Shown here in pieces: positions 19,931-32,134 of a stretch of DNA of 64,000 nucleotides (position 1 is its first letter; the number at the start of each line of letters is the position of its first letter). The translations under genes were made by a program, and so were the position numbers. Location: assembly GCA_963782055.1 (NCBI GenBank), contig CAWAIF010000003.1, positions 4,192,001 through 4,256,000 of the forward strand, given 5' to 3'. The notes below the pieces were generated by a model. It made no database searches. It was not told where the DNA came from and was given only the letters and a program-made list of their open reading frames with translations. This stretch comes from an uncultured delta proteobacterium. Lineage in GTDB: Bacteria; Myxococcota_A; Polyangia; Polyangiales; Polyangiaceae.

Positions 19931-20953
19931 CTAGCCGCCCCGCGTGTGCATCTCGCGGTGGGGGTCGGCGCGCAGCCGGCTCACCGGGACGAGCGCCTCG
20001 CGCGGCGCGGCGCGGGCGCGCTGCTCCGCGCCACGGTCCTCGCGGCCTTCCCAGGCCCCGGTGACGAGCCGCGCCAGCTCGTCGTCGCTGGCGCCCGCGC
20101 GCAGCGGGCCGCGCAGGTCCAGGCCGCCGCCGGCGTACAGGCAGGTGAGCCACACGCCGTCGGCCGTCAGTCGGCTGCGGTCGCACTTGCGACAGAAGGG
20201 CGCCGTGGTGCTCGCGATGACGCCGAAGACCTGGCCGTCGGGCAGGCGGAAGCGCTCGGCGGGCGCCGAGGAGGTCGGACCCGCGAGCGGCGCCACCGGC
20301 CCGCGGGTGGCGGCGATGCGCTCGAGCATCTCGGCGCGAGAGACGACGTCGCGCATGGACCAGCGCGTGGCGCCGCCGACGTCCATGTACTCGATGAAGC
20401 GCAGCTCCACGGCGCGCTCACGCGCGAAGTCGAGCAGGTCGAGGAGCTCGTCGTCGTTGTGACCGCGGACGATGACGGCGTTGACCTTGGTGTCGCAGAA
20501 GCCCGCCTCGGCCGCGGCGCCCACGGCGGCGAGCACGTCCGCGTGGCGGCGCGAGCGCGACATGCGCTCCGCGCGCTCCGCCCGCAGGGTGTCGATGCTC
20601 AGCGTCACGCGGGAGAGGCCGGCGCGGCGCAGCGCGGCCGCGCGCGGGCCAAAGAGGACACCGTTGGTGGTGAGCGCCAGGTCCTCGGCCCCGGCCTCCG
20701 AGGCCAGGCGCCCGACGATGGCCTCGGCGTCGGGGCGCAGGAGGGGTTCGCCGCCGGTGACGCGGAGCTTCGGCGCGCCCAGGCCGACGAAGAGCCGCGC
20801 GAGGCGCACGATCTCGTCGGCCGTGAGGAGCGACTCGCCGGGCAGCCAGGCGTAGTCCTCCTCCGGCATGCAGTAGACGCAGCGGAGGTTGCAGCGGTCG
20901 GTGAAGCTGAGCCGCAGGCTACGGAGCGGCCTGGCGAGGCGGTCGACGACCAT
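19931..20953 (-). CDS. moaA: GTP 3',8-cyclase MoaA
   Basis: LRLSFTDRCNLRCVYCMP, TGGEPLLR, RFIEYMD, FCRKCDRSRLTADG..CL, C-terminal MHTRGG. Confidence 0.96.
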   Translation of the reverse strand: MVVDRLARPLRSLRLSFTDRCNLRCVYCMPEEDYAWLPGESLLTADEIVRLARLFVGLGAPKLRVTGGEPLLRPDAEAIVGRLASEAGAEDLALTTNGVLFGPRAAALRRAGLSRVTLSIDTLRAERAERMSRSRRHADVLAAVGAAAEAGFCDTKVNAVIVRGHNDDELLDLLDFARERAVELRFIEYMDVGGATRWSMRDVVSRAEMLERIAATRGPVAPLAGPTSSAPAERFRLPDGQVFGVIASTTAPFCRKCDRSRLTADGVWLTCLYAGGGLDLRGPLRAGASDDELARLVTGAWEGREDRGAEQRARAAPREALVPVSRLRADPHREMHTRGG

Positions 20954-21049
20954 GGGCGCCTCAAGGTGGCACACCCCGAGCGAGATGGCGACCCGGGTGG
21001 GGAGCGCTTTGCGCGCGCAGCTCGACCGGCATATGGCAACATATCGAGC

Positions 21050-22066
21050 ATGGGTCGTCCTTGGCTTCGCGGGCTGTGGGTTGTCGCTGCGGTGGCGGGC
21101 ACCGCGATCACGTCGTGGGTGGGGTGCGCCAAGGCGATCGATCCCTCGACGTCAGGCGGTGACGGCGGGACGTCCGGCGGCGAGTGCGACGCGGGCCTGA
21201 GCGCGTGCGGCGCCGACTGCGTGGACCTGACCCGCGACGCGAAGAACTGCGGGGCCTGCGGGACGGCGTGCGGGACGGACGAGGCCTGCGTGAAGGGCGC
21301 CTGCTCGCTGAGCTGCGGCTCGGCGAAGGCCAAGTGCGGGCAGACGTGCGTCACCCTCTCGACCGACCCGACGAACTGCGGGAGCTGCGGGGTCACGTGC
21401 GAGGCCGGGCTGAGCTGCGTCCAGGCGGCGTGCACCCTGGTGTGCGACGCGGACGCCGGGCAGACCAAGTGCACCGACCAGTGCGTGGACACGCAGACGG
21501 ACGTGAACAACTGCGGGACGTGCGGGACGCCGTGCACGCAGGGGCAGACGTGCCAGTCGGGGGTGTGCTGCGACGCGGGCCTCACCAACTGCAACGGCAC
21601 GTGCGTCGACCTGACGAAGGACAAGGACAACTGCGGCAAGTGCGGCATGGCGTGCAGCGGCGGCACGCCGGTCTGCGTGAGCAGCGCGTGCTCGGCGGGG
21701 GATCTGGTGGGCACGCTGGGCAACCAGAGCTTCTACAAGGTGCTCGTGAGCGGCACGATGACGGACACCAACGTCTACGCCGCCTGCACGGGCGCGGGCT
21801 TCAGCGTGGGCTGCCAGGCGACCAACTGCCCGCAGTACACCGACAACGTCTGCGTGCCGACGCAGGAGAGCAGCTGCGGAAACCCGATGTACGGGCTCGC
21901 GCAGGCGCTGGGGTGCAGCTCGCCGTCCAGCTGCGCGCAGCTGAACGGCGTCTACCAGTACATGGGCCACAAGTGGCAGAGCGACGCGGCGTGCGGCGTG
22001 GAGAGCGGGAGCTGGTGCTCCACCGGGACCAGCTACTCCAACCGCTACGCGCTCTGCGTGCAGTGA
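21050..22066 (+). CDS. Cys-rich repeat lipoprotein (myxobacterial CVD..D..NCG.CG..C repeats)
   Basis: Signal/lipobox SWVG-C; four CV(D/T)x3DxxNCGxCGxxC repeats, then a Cys-rich C-terminal domain. Confidence 0.85.
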   Translation: MGRPWLRGLWVVAAVAGTAITSWVGCAKAIDPSTSGGDGGTSGGECDAGLSACGADCVDLTRDAKNCGACGTACGTDEACVKGACSLSCGSAKAKCGQTCVTLSTDPTNCGSCGVTCEAGLSCVQAACTLVCDADAGQTKCTDQCVDTQTDVNNCGTCGTPCTQGQTCQSGVCCDAGLTNCNGTCVDLTKDKDNCGKCGMACSGGTPVCVSSACSAGDLVGTLGNQSFYKVLVSGTMTDTNVYAACTGAGFSVGCQATNCPQYTDNVCVPTQESSCGNPMYGLAQALGCSSPSSCAQLNGVYQYMGHKWQSDAACGVESGSWCSTGTSYSNRYALCVQ

Positions 22067-22097
22067 CCTTCGGCGGCGCGGGGGCTACGCTCGAGGC

Positions 22098-22544
22098 ATG
22101 AAGAAGCGCTTCCTTGGCCTCGGTCTCTGGGCGGCGGGGACGCTCCTGGTGACGGCTCCGGCGGTGGTCACCTCCCTGGGGACGACGGGCTGCGGCGGGT
22201 GCGTGAAGGGCACCTGCCTCTGCCAGGACGGCGCTTCCTTCGCCGCGAACGCCGTCCCTTGCGACTGCGATGGGCTCTGCTCCACGCACGGGGGCTTCTG
22301 CTCGCTGGGCGACTGCACCGGGGACGGCGGCGACGCGGCGGCGGACGCGATGACCGACGCGGCCGCGGAGGCGTCCGGCGGCAAGGACGGCGGGCTCGGA
22401 CAGGGCGCCCCCTGCGATCTGCAGGACGACCTGTGCGGGAGCGGTCTCAAGTGCTGCGCCGAGCCGACGCACATGCTCGACGCCTCCACGCAGGATATCT
22501 GCGTCCCGCCGGAGGACGGCGGCGTCTGCCCGCAGTATCCGTGA
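22098..22544 (+). CDS. Secreted Cys-rich protein / lipoprotein
   Basis: Signal peptide, two Cys-rich modules separated by a Asp/Ala/Gly linker; TACGCT lies 6 nt upstream of the ATG. Confidence 0.75.
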   Translation: MKKRFLGLGLWAAGTLLVTAPAVVTSLGTTGCGGCVKGTCLCQDGASFAANAVPCDCDGLCSTHGGFCSLGDCTGDGGDAAADAMTDAAAEASGGKDGGLGQGAPCDLQDDLCGSGLKCCAEPTHMLDASTQDICVPPEDGGVCPQYP

Positions 22545-22614
22545 CGCCGGCCGTCTGACCGGCCGGCGGGGAGGAGGCCCGGAAGGGCCGCCCTTCACGC
22601 CGCCCCGCCTCCGC

Positions 22615-22728
22615 CGCTCCACCGCAAGCGTCCTTGCAATGGGACGCTGGAGCACCAGCTCCCCGAGGCCCCCCCCTCCCCGGCCGCCCCACGGCACGTC
22701 GGACTGCAAGCGTGCTTGCGGTGGAGCG
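22615..22728. repeat. REP-like imperfect inverted repeat between convergent genes, related to the 43 kb array
   Basis: CGCTCCACCGCAAGC (22615) pairs perfectly with GCTTGCGGTGGAGCG (22714-22728), within about 32-bp imperfect arms; the right arm matches the 43 kb repeat core at 21/24 nt. Confidence 0.7.
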
Positions 22729-22769
22729 CGGGAGCAGACGGCCTGGAGGGGACGGGGGACGCCGATCGG

Positions 22770-25382
<2,613 letters not shown>

Positions 25383-25536
25383 GGTGGGTTCCTCGTCCGG
25401 GCCGAACACGGCCCGGTACGACGACGGCCGCCCCGCGCCCCGGCGCGGAGATCAGCTCGACCGGTCCGCCGTCACACCCAAGCTAAGTCCTCCTCCGGTG
25501 TGCGCAAGATGCGTGCCTCCTTGCGGGCTCGGAGCG

Positions 25537-26778
25537 CTAGTCCGGCTCGACGTGGCGGACATAGTCGTCGATGGCCTCCTTGGCCGCGGGATCGAGGGCG
25601 CTGAACTCCAGGCCCACCGCCGCCCTGGTGCCGTCCGACTTGAGCCAGCGCACCCGCCCCTCCCCCATCACCATGTGGCCTGCGGGCAGGGCGAAGCGGA
25701 TGACGACTCGCCCGTCCTGCGGTACCTCGCGGTTGGTCACCAGGAAGATCCCGCCCGCGGAGATGTCCTGGATGGCACCCTCGATGACCTCGCCCGACGG
25801 GAGGCGCAGCTCGACGGGCGCGGTGTACGGGACGCGGACGTGCCCGCGCCGGGACGCGGACGCGGCGTCTCCGTCGGCTTCCTTGGCGGCCATCGCCGCC
25901 TCCACCTCGACCAGCGCCTCGAGCAGCTCCGCGCCGCCTCGGAAGCGCTCCTCGGGCGAGGCCGCGAGCGCGCGGACGACGAGGTTCGCCAGCTCCTGCG
26001 GGACGTCCGGGCGGAGCTTCCTCACGTCGGGCCGCGGCGCGGTCATCGCCTTGACGTAGACCTGCTCGAAGCTGCCACGAAACGGCACCTGGCCCGTCAG
26101 GCACTCGAACAGCGTGGCGCCGAAGGAGTAGACGTCGGCCGCGGGTGTCACGCGACGCCCGCCGAGGTGCTCCGGCGCCATGTAGGCGGGCGTGCCGACG
26201 ACGGCGCTCGGCGGGCTGGAGTCGCGCACGTCCTCGCGCCAGAAGGTGGCCACGCCGAAGTCGATGAGCTTGAGCGACTTGCCCTCGGGCGTACGCACCA
26301 CCAGCAGGTTGCCCGGCTTGACGTCGCGATGCACCACGTGGGCCGCGTGCGTGGCCGCCAGCGCCGTCGCCGCGAGCCGGGCGATGACGAGGGCGTCGTG
26401 GATCGTCAGCTTGCCGCGCGCGGCCACGAGCGCCTCGACCGACTTGGCGCGCAGCCGCTCCATCACGACGAACGGCACGCCGTCTGCGACCCCGGCGTCG
26501 AGCACCTCCACCACCGAGGGGTGCTGCACCGCGCCGAGCATGCGCGCCTCGGCGAGCAGGCGCGAGCGCGCCTCCGGGTGGTCGTGGAACTCCGGCAGGA
26601 GCAGCTTCAGGGCGGACGGGCGCCCGGTGTACCGGTGCTCCGCGAGGAAGACGGCGCACAGGCCGCCGCGCCCCATCTCCCGGCGCAGGCGATAGCGGCC
26701 GTCGATGACCTTGCCGACGAGCTGCTCCGAAGACGCCGGCGCGCCGCGCAGCGACGGCGGCGGCTCATCCCCTTGCAT
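25537..26778 (-). CDS. Ser/Thr protein kinase with C-terminal PilZ domain
   Basis: GRGG, ALK, HRDVKPGN, DFG, GTPAYMAPE; PilZ motifs RRGHVR and DISAGG. Confidence 0.92.
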   Translation of the reverse strand: MQGDEPPPSLRGAPASSEQLVGKVIDGRYRLRREMGRGGLCAVFLAEHRYTGRPSALKLLLPEFHDHPEARSRLLAEARMLGAVQHPSVVEVLDAGVADGVPFVVMERLRAKSVEALVAARGKLTIHDALVIARLAATALAATHAAHVVHRDVKPGNLLVVRTPEGKSLKLIDFGVATFWREDVRDSSPPSAVVGTPAYMAPEHLGGRRVTPAADVYSFGATLFECLTGQVPFRGSFEQVYVKAMTAPRPDVRKLRPDVPQELANLVVRALAASPEERFRGGAELLEALVEVEAAMAAKEADGDAASASRRGHVRVPYTAPVELRLPSGEVIEGAIQDISAGGIFLVTNREVPQDGRVVIRFALPAGHMVMGEGRVRWLKSDGTRAAVGLEFSALDPAAKEAIDDYVRHVEPD

Positions 26779-26859
26779 CGCCCCAGCATAGGGGGAATTC
26801 GAGCGGCAAGCTCGGCCGAACAGCGCGCGCCATGGAGGCCGCGGGAAGTGTGGACTCGC

Positions 26860-28284
26860 TCAGAAGAGCCTGGCCCCCAGGCTGCCCGGCGCGAAGAGCG
26901 ACCGGGCGTCGTTGACCGAGATCGTCGCCGAGGGCGCGCCCATGGCGTAAGGCGCGACCTCGTACGGAGCGAACTGCACGCGCAGCTCGGGCACGCCGGT
27001 GGGCGGGACGTCGTAGCAGAGCTCGGTGTTCTCGCTGACCCGAGGCTGGTCCTCGTAGAAGCCCTTGTCCGAGAGCTTCTTCGTGGCGTACTGGCCCTGC
27101 AGGGCGGCGACCGTCAGCGCCTGCAGCTTCGCCCGCGCGGCGGGCGTGAGCTTCTGCCGCAGCGACACCAGCAGGCCACGCTTCAGGTCCGCCACGAAGC
27201 ACTGCGACACGCGGTTGCCGTGCGCGCCGCCCGTGTACTCGTAGCGCCACGTCTGCAGGCCGACGTAGTCGCCGCGCTGGCCGCTCACGCCGTAGCTCAC
27301 CTCGTAGTCGTACGGAAGCTCGGTGGTGGCGCCCGCGCAATCGTCCGCCGTCAGCTTCCCCCGCCAGGGCATGGCCGCGCGCAGCGCCCGGTCGAGGTGC
27401 CCCTGGACGCCGGCATCGGCGAGCCCGGCGAAGGCGGGGAGCACCGCGCTGGCCTTGCACGCCGCCCCGAAGGAGCCGAGCTCCTCCTGCGGCACCAGCC
27501 GCCCGCCCACGTCCAGCTTCACGATCTCCGGGTAGCTCTCGCCCCGCTCCAGCCACACCGGATACGTGTGCGCGCCGTCGGGCGACGTCCAGCGGGCCAG
27601 GACCGTGTCCGGCGCCAGGAAGACCCCGGCGAAGCGGCCGGTCACCGCGCCCTTCGCGTTCTTCTCCTCGAGCGTGAAGGTGCCGCCCGCGTCCAGCGTA
27701 CCGGACAGCGAGAGGTCCTCCTTGCTGCGCGTGTAGCGATATACGCCCGTGAGCGCGTGTCCGTCGCTGCTCAGCTTCGCGCGGATGCGCGTCGCGGCAC
27801 CCAGCGAGCCCACGAGCGGAACCTCCTTGAACGCCGCCCCTGCAGGCAGCGCGGGGGCGAGCGTCCCCGCGAGCGTCATGGGCTTCGCGCCCGCGCGCGG
27901 GTCGCGCAGCGTGGCCGAGAGCTTGCCGCCGGTCCACGTGCCGGAGAGCTCCGCCGGCTTGCGGCCCCTGCCGACCAGCTCGGCGGTGCCGAAGCCCGAA
28001 TCTGTCGCTCTGCCCTTCAGCACCATCGGCTCCCGCGAGGCGCCGACGACCAGCAGCACGCGCACCGCCTCCCCTTCCCGCTCCGTCGCCATCTTGAACG
28101 GCTCCCCGCCCCCGGCCGTGCCCGTGTACGTGGCGAAGGGCCGCGCCGCCGCCGGCGCGGCGTTCTTCCGTGCGCTCGACGCGCTCGACGCGCTCGACGC
28201 GGCAGACGTCGACGGGCCCGGCGGCGTGGACTTCGGACAGGCCACCACGCCGCCGAGGGCGAGCACGAGCAGGAGCCGCTTCAT
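26860..28284 (-). CDS. Lipoprotein with C-terminal RsiV/PdaC (DUF4163/DUF3298)-like domain
   Basis: Lipobox VVA-C; YEYTGGAHGN and FAPYEVAPYAMG motifs. Confidence 0.75.
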   Translation of the reverse strand: MKRLLLVLALGGVVACPKSTPPGPSTSAASSASSASSARKNAAPAAARPFATYTGTAGGGEPFKMATEREGEAVRVLLVVGASREPMVLKGRATDSGFGTAELVGRGRKPAELSGTWTGGKLSATLRDPRAGAKPMTLAGTLAPALPAGAAFKEVPLVGSLGAATRIRAKLSSDGHALTGVYRYTRSKEDLSLSGTLDAGGTFTLEEKNAKGAVTGRFAGVFLAPDTVLARWTSPDGAHTYPVWLERGESYPEIVKLDVGGRLVPQEELGSFGAACKASAVLPAFAGLADAGVQGHLDRALRAAMPWRGKLTADDCAGATTELPYDYEVSYGVSGQRGDYVGLQTWRYEYTGGAHGNRVSQCFVADLKRGLLVSLRQKLTPAARAKLQALTVAALQGQYATKKLSDKGFYEDQPRVSENTELCYDVPPTGVPELRVQFAPYEVAPYAMGAPSATISVNDARSLFAPGSLGARLF

Positions 28285-28300
28285 CGAGCCGCAGGGTACG

Positions 28301-29059
28301 TCAGCGCAGCTCGAACGTCTCGCGGACGTCGGCGATGAGCGCGCCCTCCCGGTCGAAGCTGCGCTCCTCGAAGGCGACGCGACCCGTGACGTGCACGCAC
28401 AGCACCGTCGAGCAGCGCGTTCCGTACGCCGGCGTACGGATGAACGCGGCGGAGAGCGGACGCTCCCACTCGATGGGCACGCCCGTGTGCGGCAAGTCCG
28501 CGTCCTCGTAGATGCCGCGATCGTCCAGCAGCCCGAACAGCTCCGCCACCCCCGGGGACGCCGGCCGCGCGAGCAGGGCGGTGAGCCGCCGCATCCCGGT
28601 CTCCACCTTGGGCCACGGCGTGTCCAGGCGGTGGTTGCTCAGCCCGTGAACGCCCGGCGTGATCGGCGTGGCCCCCGGCGCGTCGTCGCGCAGCGAGTAC
28701 AGGGCGTCGGGCGTGCCGCAGAGCAGGTTGAAGGACGGGTAGCTGGCGCGGTCCAGCGAGGCGGCGAGCTCCGGCGGCGACTCTTGACCCGTCAAGAATC
28801 GGCGGACAATCTCCCCGCGCGAGCGCCCTTCCCGCCGCGCCGCCGGGTCGCGGACGTTGGTCAGGGCGGCGAAGCGGCCCGCGCGCGTGACCCCCATCCA
28901 GGTCCCGCCCTTGGAGAGGTCGCGCCCGGCGAGCACCTCCGGCGCGTCGTCCCAGAAGGCGGCGGGCGCGGTGGGACGATCGTACGTCTCGTCGCGGTTG
29001 GCGAGGACGCAGAGAGAGAGATCCGGGTGGGCCCGGTACGCCACCAGCACGAGGCACAT
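28301..29059 (-). CDS. NRDE/TANGO2 family protein
   Basis: MCL N-terminus, ANRDE, AGRDL..GGTWMG, SRGEIV, GLSN..LDTPWPK, YGTRCST. Confidence 0.95.
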   Translation of the reverse strand: MCLVLVAYRAHPDLSLCVLANRDETYDRPTAPAAFWDDAPEVLAGRDLSKGGTWMGVTRAGRFAALTNVRDPAARREGRSRGEIVRRFLTGQESPPELAASLDRASYPSFNLLCGTPDALYSLRDDAPGATPITPGVHGLSNHRLDTPWPKVETGMRRLTALLARPASPGVAELFGLLDDRGIYEDADLPHTGVPIEWERPLSAAFIRTPAYGTRCSTVLCVHVTGRVAFEERSFDREGALIADVRETFELR

Positions 29060-29111
29060 GGGGGAATGCTAGCTCGTGCCGGGGCGCGCGGGCTGGGCTA
29101 GGGTGCGCGGC

Positions 29112-29945
29112 ATGGTCGAGCGGGCGTTCGTGACGGCGATGGGTCGGCGCATCGGGTTCGCGCGGGCCGGCGCGGGCGCGGAGGCGGTGGTCCTGGTGCA
29201 CGCGTCGGGGCTCTCGTCGAGCGCGTGGCGCGCGTACCTCGAGCCGCTCGCGGCGCGGTTTCTCGTCGCCGCGCCCGACCTGCTGGGCTACGGCGCGAGC
29301 GATCCGCTGCCGCGCGGCGAGCACGTCACCCACGCCGAGGACGTGGCGGCGGTGCGCGCGATCGTCGAGGCGCTCGGCGCGCCCGCGCACCTCGTCGGCC
29401 ACTCCTACGGCGCGGTGGTGGCGGCGAAGGCCGCCCTCGCCGAGCCGCAGCGCGTCCGCAGCGTCATGCTCCTCGAGCCCGTCCTCTTCTCCGCGCTCGC
29501 CGCGTCCGGCGACGAGCCGAGCCGCGCGGAGCGCGAGGCGCTGGAGTCCGGCGCCTTCCGCGACCCGGAGACGGGCGGCAAGACGGACTGGCTGCGCGTC
29601 TTCATCGACTACTGGAGCGGGGCGGGCACCTTCGACGCCATGACCGAGACGCAGCGTCGCGCGGCCGAGCGCGTCGGCTGGAAGACCTTCCAGGAGGTGA
29701 TGGACGTGTCCGGCGATCCCGCGCCCTTCGCCGCCTACGCGGCGCTGCCGCGGCCGGTCACCCTCGGGCGCGGCGAGCGCACCACGGTGAGCGCGCGGCG
29801 CATCCTGGAGCACCTGCACGCGGTGATCCCCGACGCGACGATGCGCGTGGTCGAGGGCGCAGGCCACATGGCGCCGCTGACCCACAAGGACGCGGTCCTC
29901 GCGCTCATCGAGGAGCACCTGCAGGGGGCGTCGCGCCGGAGGTGA
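29112..29945 (+). CDS. Alpha/beta fold hydrolase
   Basis: PDLLGYG, GHSYG nucleophile elbow, GAGHM catalytic His. Confidence 0.9.
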   Translation: MVERAFVTAMGRRIGFARAGAGAEAVVLVHASGLSSSAWRAYLEPLAARFLVAAPDLLGYGASDPLPRGEHVTHAEDVAAVRAIVEALGAPAHLVGHSYGAVVAAKAALAEPQRVRSVMLLEPVLFSALAASGDEPSRAEREALESGAFRDPETGGKTDWLRVFIDYWSGAGTFDAMTETQRRAAERVGWKTFQEVMDVSGDPAPFAAYAALPRPVTLGRGERTTVSARRILEHLHAVIPDATMRVVEGAGHMAPLTHKDAVLALIEEHLQGASRRR

Positions 29946-30747
29946 GCGCGAGCGCCCGCACGTGCGCCAGACCGGTCCCGCAGCAGGAGCCGATGACGCC
30001 CGCCCCGGCGTCCGCCCACCGCCGCGCGTGCGCCGCGTACTCCTCCGGGGAGACGGGCGGCTCGTGCCAGCGCGACGCGTTGGCGTACACGCCGAAGGGG
30101 GCGCCCAGGGAGGCGAGCGCCTCCACGTACGGCATCACCAGCGCCGCCGCCACGCAGTTGACCAGCACCCGCTCCGCGCCGGCGTCCAGACACGCGCGCG
30201 CCGCGTCCTTCATCGCGCCGGGGGTCATGCCCTCCGCGCTGGGCCCGGCGGTGAAGGACATCCACGTCGGCAGCCCGGTGCGCACACAGGCGCGCGTGGC
30301 GACCAGCGCCTCGCGCGGGCTGGGGAACGTCTCGCCGATCAGGCCGTCCACACCGCACGCGGCGAGCAGCGTCGCGAGCTCCTCGTGCTCCGGCCGCGCC
30401 TCGTCGTCGGGCGGGGCCAGCTCCGGCCGGTAGCAGTCCTCCAGCGGTCCGACGCTCCCCAGCACCAGGCAGCGCCGGTCCGGCGCGCCGCGCTCCACAC
30501 CCTCGCGCGCGAGACGGACGGCGTCGCGGGCCATCGACTCCCACGCGTCGCCCGCGGTGCGCCGCCGCGCGCGGAAGGTGTTGGTGCGGTGGATCTCCGC
30601 GCCCGCCGCGGCATGGTCCGCGTGCACCGCGCGCACCAGCTCCGGTGCGTCACGCAGGGCGACGGCGCTCCAGAGCGCGCTGGTGGTGTCCACCCCGCGC
30701 CGCGAGAGCTCCGAGCCCATCGGCCCGTCCAGGATGCGGGGGTTCAC
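29905..30747 (-). CDS. Homocysteine S-methyltransferase family protein
   Basis: [40 protein letters not shown]; the GTG start overlaps the msrA stop (GTGA). Confidence 0.88.
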   Translation of the reverse strand: MNPRILDGPMGSELSRRGVDTTSALWSAVALRDAPELVRAVHADHAAAGAEIHRTNTFRARRRTAGDAWESMARDAVRLAREGVERGAPDRRCLVLGSVGPLEDCYRPELAPPDDEARPEHEELATLLAACGVDGLIGETFPSPREALVATRACVRTGLPTWMSFTAGPSAEGMTPGAMKDAARACLDAGAERVLVNCVAAALVMPYVEALASLGAPFGVYANASRWHEPPVSPEEYAAHARRWADAGAGVIGSCCGTGLAHVRALALTSGATPPAGAPR

Positions 30748-31382
30748 GCGGGGGCGAGGCCGACGGGGCACGCGACGCCGGTGCCGCCCAGACCGCAGTA
30801 CCCGTCCGGGTTCTTCGCCAGGTACTGCTGGTGGTACTCCTCGGCGAAGTAGAAGTCCGGCGCCGCGACGATCTCGGTGGTGATCTTCCCGTGCCCCGCC
30901 TCGGTGAGCACGCGCTGGTAGGTCTCGCGGGAGGCCTCCGCGGCGCGCCGCTGCTCCTCGTCGTAGGTGTAGACGCCGGAGCGGTACTGCGTGCCGGTGT
31001 CGTTGCCCTGCCGCATGCCCTGCGTGGGATCGTGGCTCTCCCAGAAGGCGCGGAGCAGGTCCTCGTAGCTCACCGCGCGCGGGTCGTAGATCACCCGCAC
31101 CACCTCGGCGTGGCCGGTGCGGCCGGTGCACACCTCGCGATACGTCGGGTTGGGGGTGAGACCCGCCGCGTAGCCGACGGCCGTGGAGTACACACCGGGG
31201 AGCTGCCAGAGCTTCTTCTCCGCGCCCCAGAAGCACCCCATCGCGAACATCGCCGTCTTCATCCCCTCCGGGAACGGCCCGGCGAGAGGGTGACCGTTGA
31301 CGAAGTGCGCGGCGGGGACGGGCATGGGCTCGTCCCGGCCGGGGAGGGCCTCCTCGGGGGTGGGCATGCGGAGCGTGGCCAT
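30744..31382 (-). CDS. msrA: Peptide methionine sulfoxide reductase MsrA
   Basis: [37 protein letters not shown]. Confidence 0.97.
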   Translation of the reverse strand: MATLRMPTPEEALPGRDEPMPVPAAHFVNGHPLAGPFPEGMKTAMFAMGCFWGAEKKLWQLPGVYSTAVGYAAGLTPNPTYREVCTGRTGHAEVVRVIYDPRAVSYEDLLRAFWESHDPTQGMRQGNDTGTQYRSGVYTYDEEQRRAAEASRETYQRVLTEAGHGKITTEIVAAPDFYFAEEYHQQYLAKNPDGYCGLGGTGVACPVGLAPA

Positions 31383-31500
31383 GGCCCCACGCTACCGCCG
31401 CGCCGGGCGGCGCGCCACGGCCGCGCTGGCCGCGCCCTTCCGGCTGCCACGCGAAGGCATTGCGTGTAAGCTTGGGCGGTCCGAAAAAGGAGCTCTGCAT

Positions 31501-31914
31501 ATGCCTCGTTCCTGGAAGCTTGCGTTGTCACTCTTGTTCGTCGCCGCGTGCGGGGGGCCGCTGCACTACAAGCTCGCCTCCACCGCCAAGGCGCCGGGGG
31601 CCGACGTGGACATCAAGGCCGACGTGAAGCACGAACAGCACCTCACCGGTCTCGACGTGAGCGTCGAGCACCTGCCTCCGCCGGGCAGCGTGACCGCTGG
31701 CGCCACCAAGTTCGTCATGTGGGGCCGGAGAAACGCCCACCAGTCGTGGATCCGCATCGGCGACCTGCAGTACGACGACTCCAGCCGCAAGGGGGAGTTC
31801 CAGGGCACGTTCCCGGAGGTGGAGTTCGACTTCGAGATCACCCCGGAGAAGTTCGACGGCGCCGCGTCCCCCTCCCCCGAGGTGGTCGTGGCCCAGCACA
31901 TCGGCCCCGCATGA
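31501..31914 (+). CDS. Hypothetical lipoprotein
   Basis: AAGGAG SD upstream, lipobox FVAA-C; the C-terminus (FEITPE...SPS) is reminiscent of RskA-type beta domains. Confidence 0.75.
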   Translation: MPRSWKLALSLLFVAACGGPLHYKLASTAKAPGADVDIKADVKHEQHLTGLDVSVEHLPPPGSVTAGATKFVMWGRRNAHQSWIRIGDLQYDDSSRKGEFQGTFPEVEFDFEITPEKFDGAASPSPEVVVAQHIGPA

Positions 31915-31948
31915 TGAGGATGTGAGCTCGCTTCACATCGCTCTCATC
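31913..31948. terminator. Stem-loop just after the lipoprotein stop (possible terminator)
   Basis: GATGAG-GATGTGA ... TCACATC-gct-CTCATC inverted repeat between convergent genes; no clear U-tract. Confidence 0.4.
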
Positions 31949-31962
31949 CCTTGCCTCTCCTG

Positions 31963-32134
31963 GTAGGGGCCCCTCCCACGCGAGCCCTCCGCTGCGCGTC
32001 GCGCGTTCGGTGGTGAACTCGCGGGGGCCCTACTCTTCTCCCCCTCTCCCTCGTAGGGAGAGGGGGCCGGGGGGTGAGGCGGGGCCGGGGGGTGAGGCGG
32101 GGCCGGGGGGTGAGGCGGGGCCGGGGGGTGAGGC
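31963..32134. repeat. REP-like hairpins plus 4x18-bp tandem repeat overlapping the 3' end of the oxidoreductase gene
   Basis: GTAGGGGCCCC..CGCGAG / CTCGCGGGGGCCCTAC (31963-32033); perfect 12-bp stem CCCCCTCTCCCT-cgt-AGGGAGAGGGGG (32040-32066); GGGGCCGGGGGGTGAGGC x4 (32063-32134). Confidence 0.85.

Noticed and set aside
28173..28200. 9-bp tandem repeat (CGCGCTCGA)
   Set aside because: Encodes a low-complexity Ser/Ala lipoprotein linker; unremarkable.
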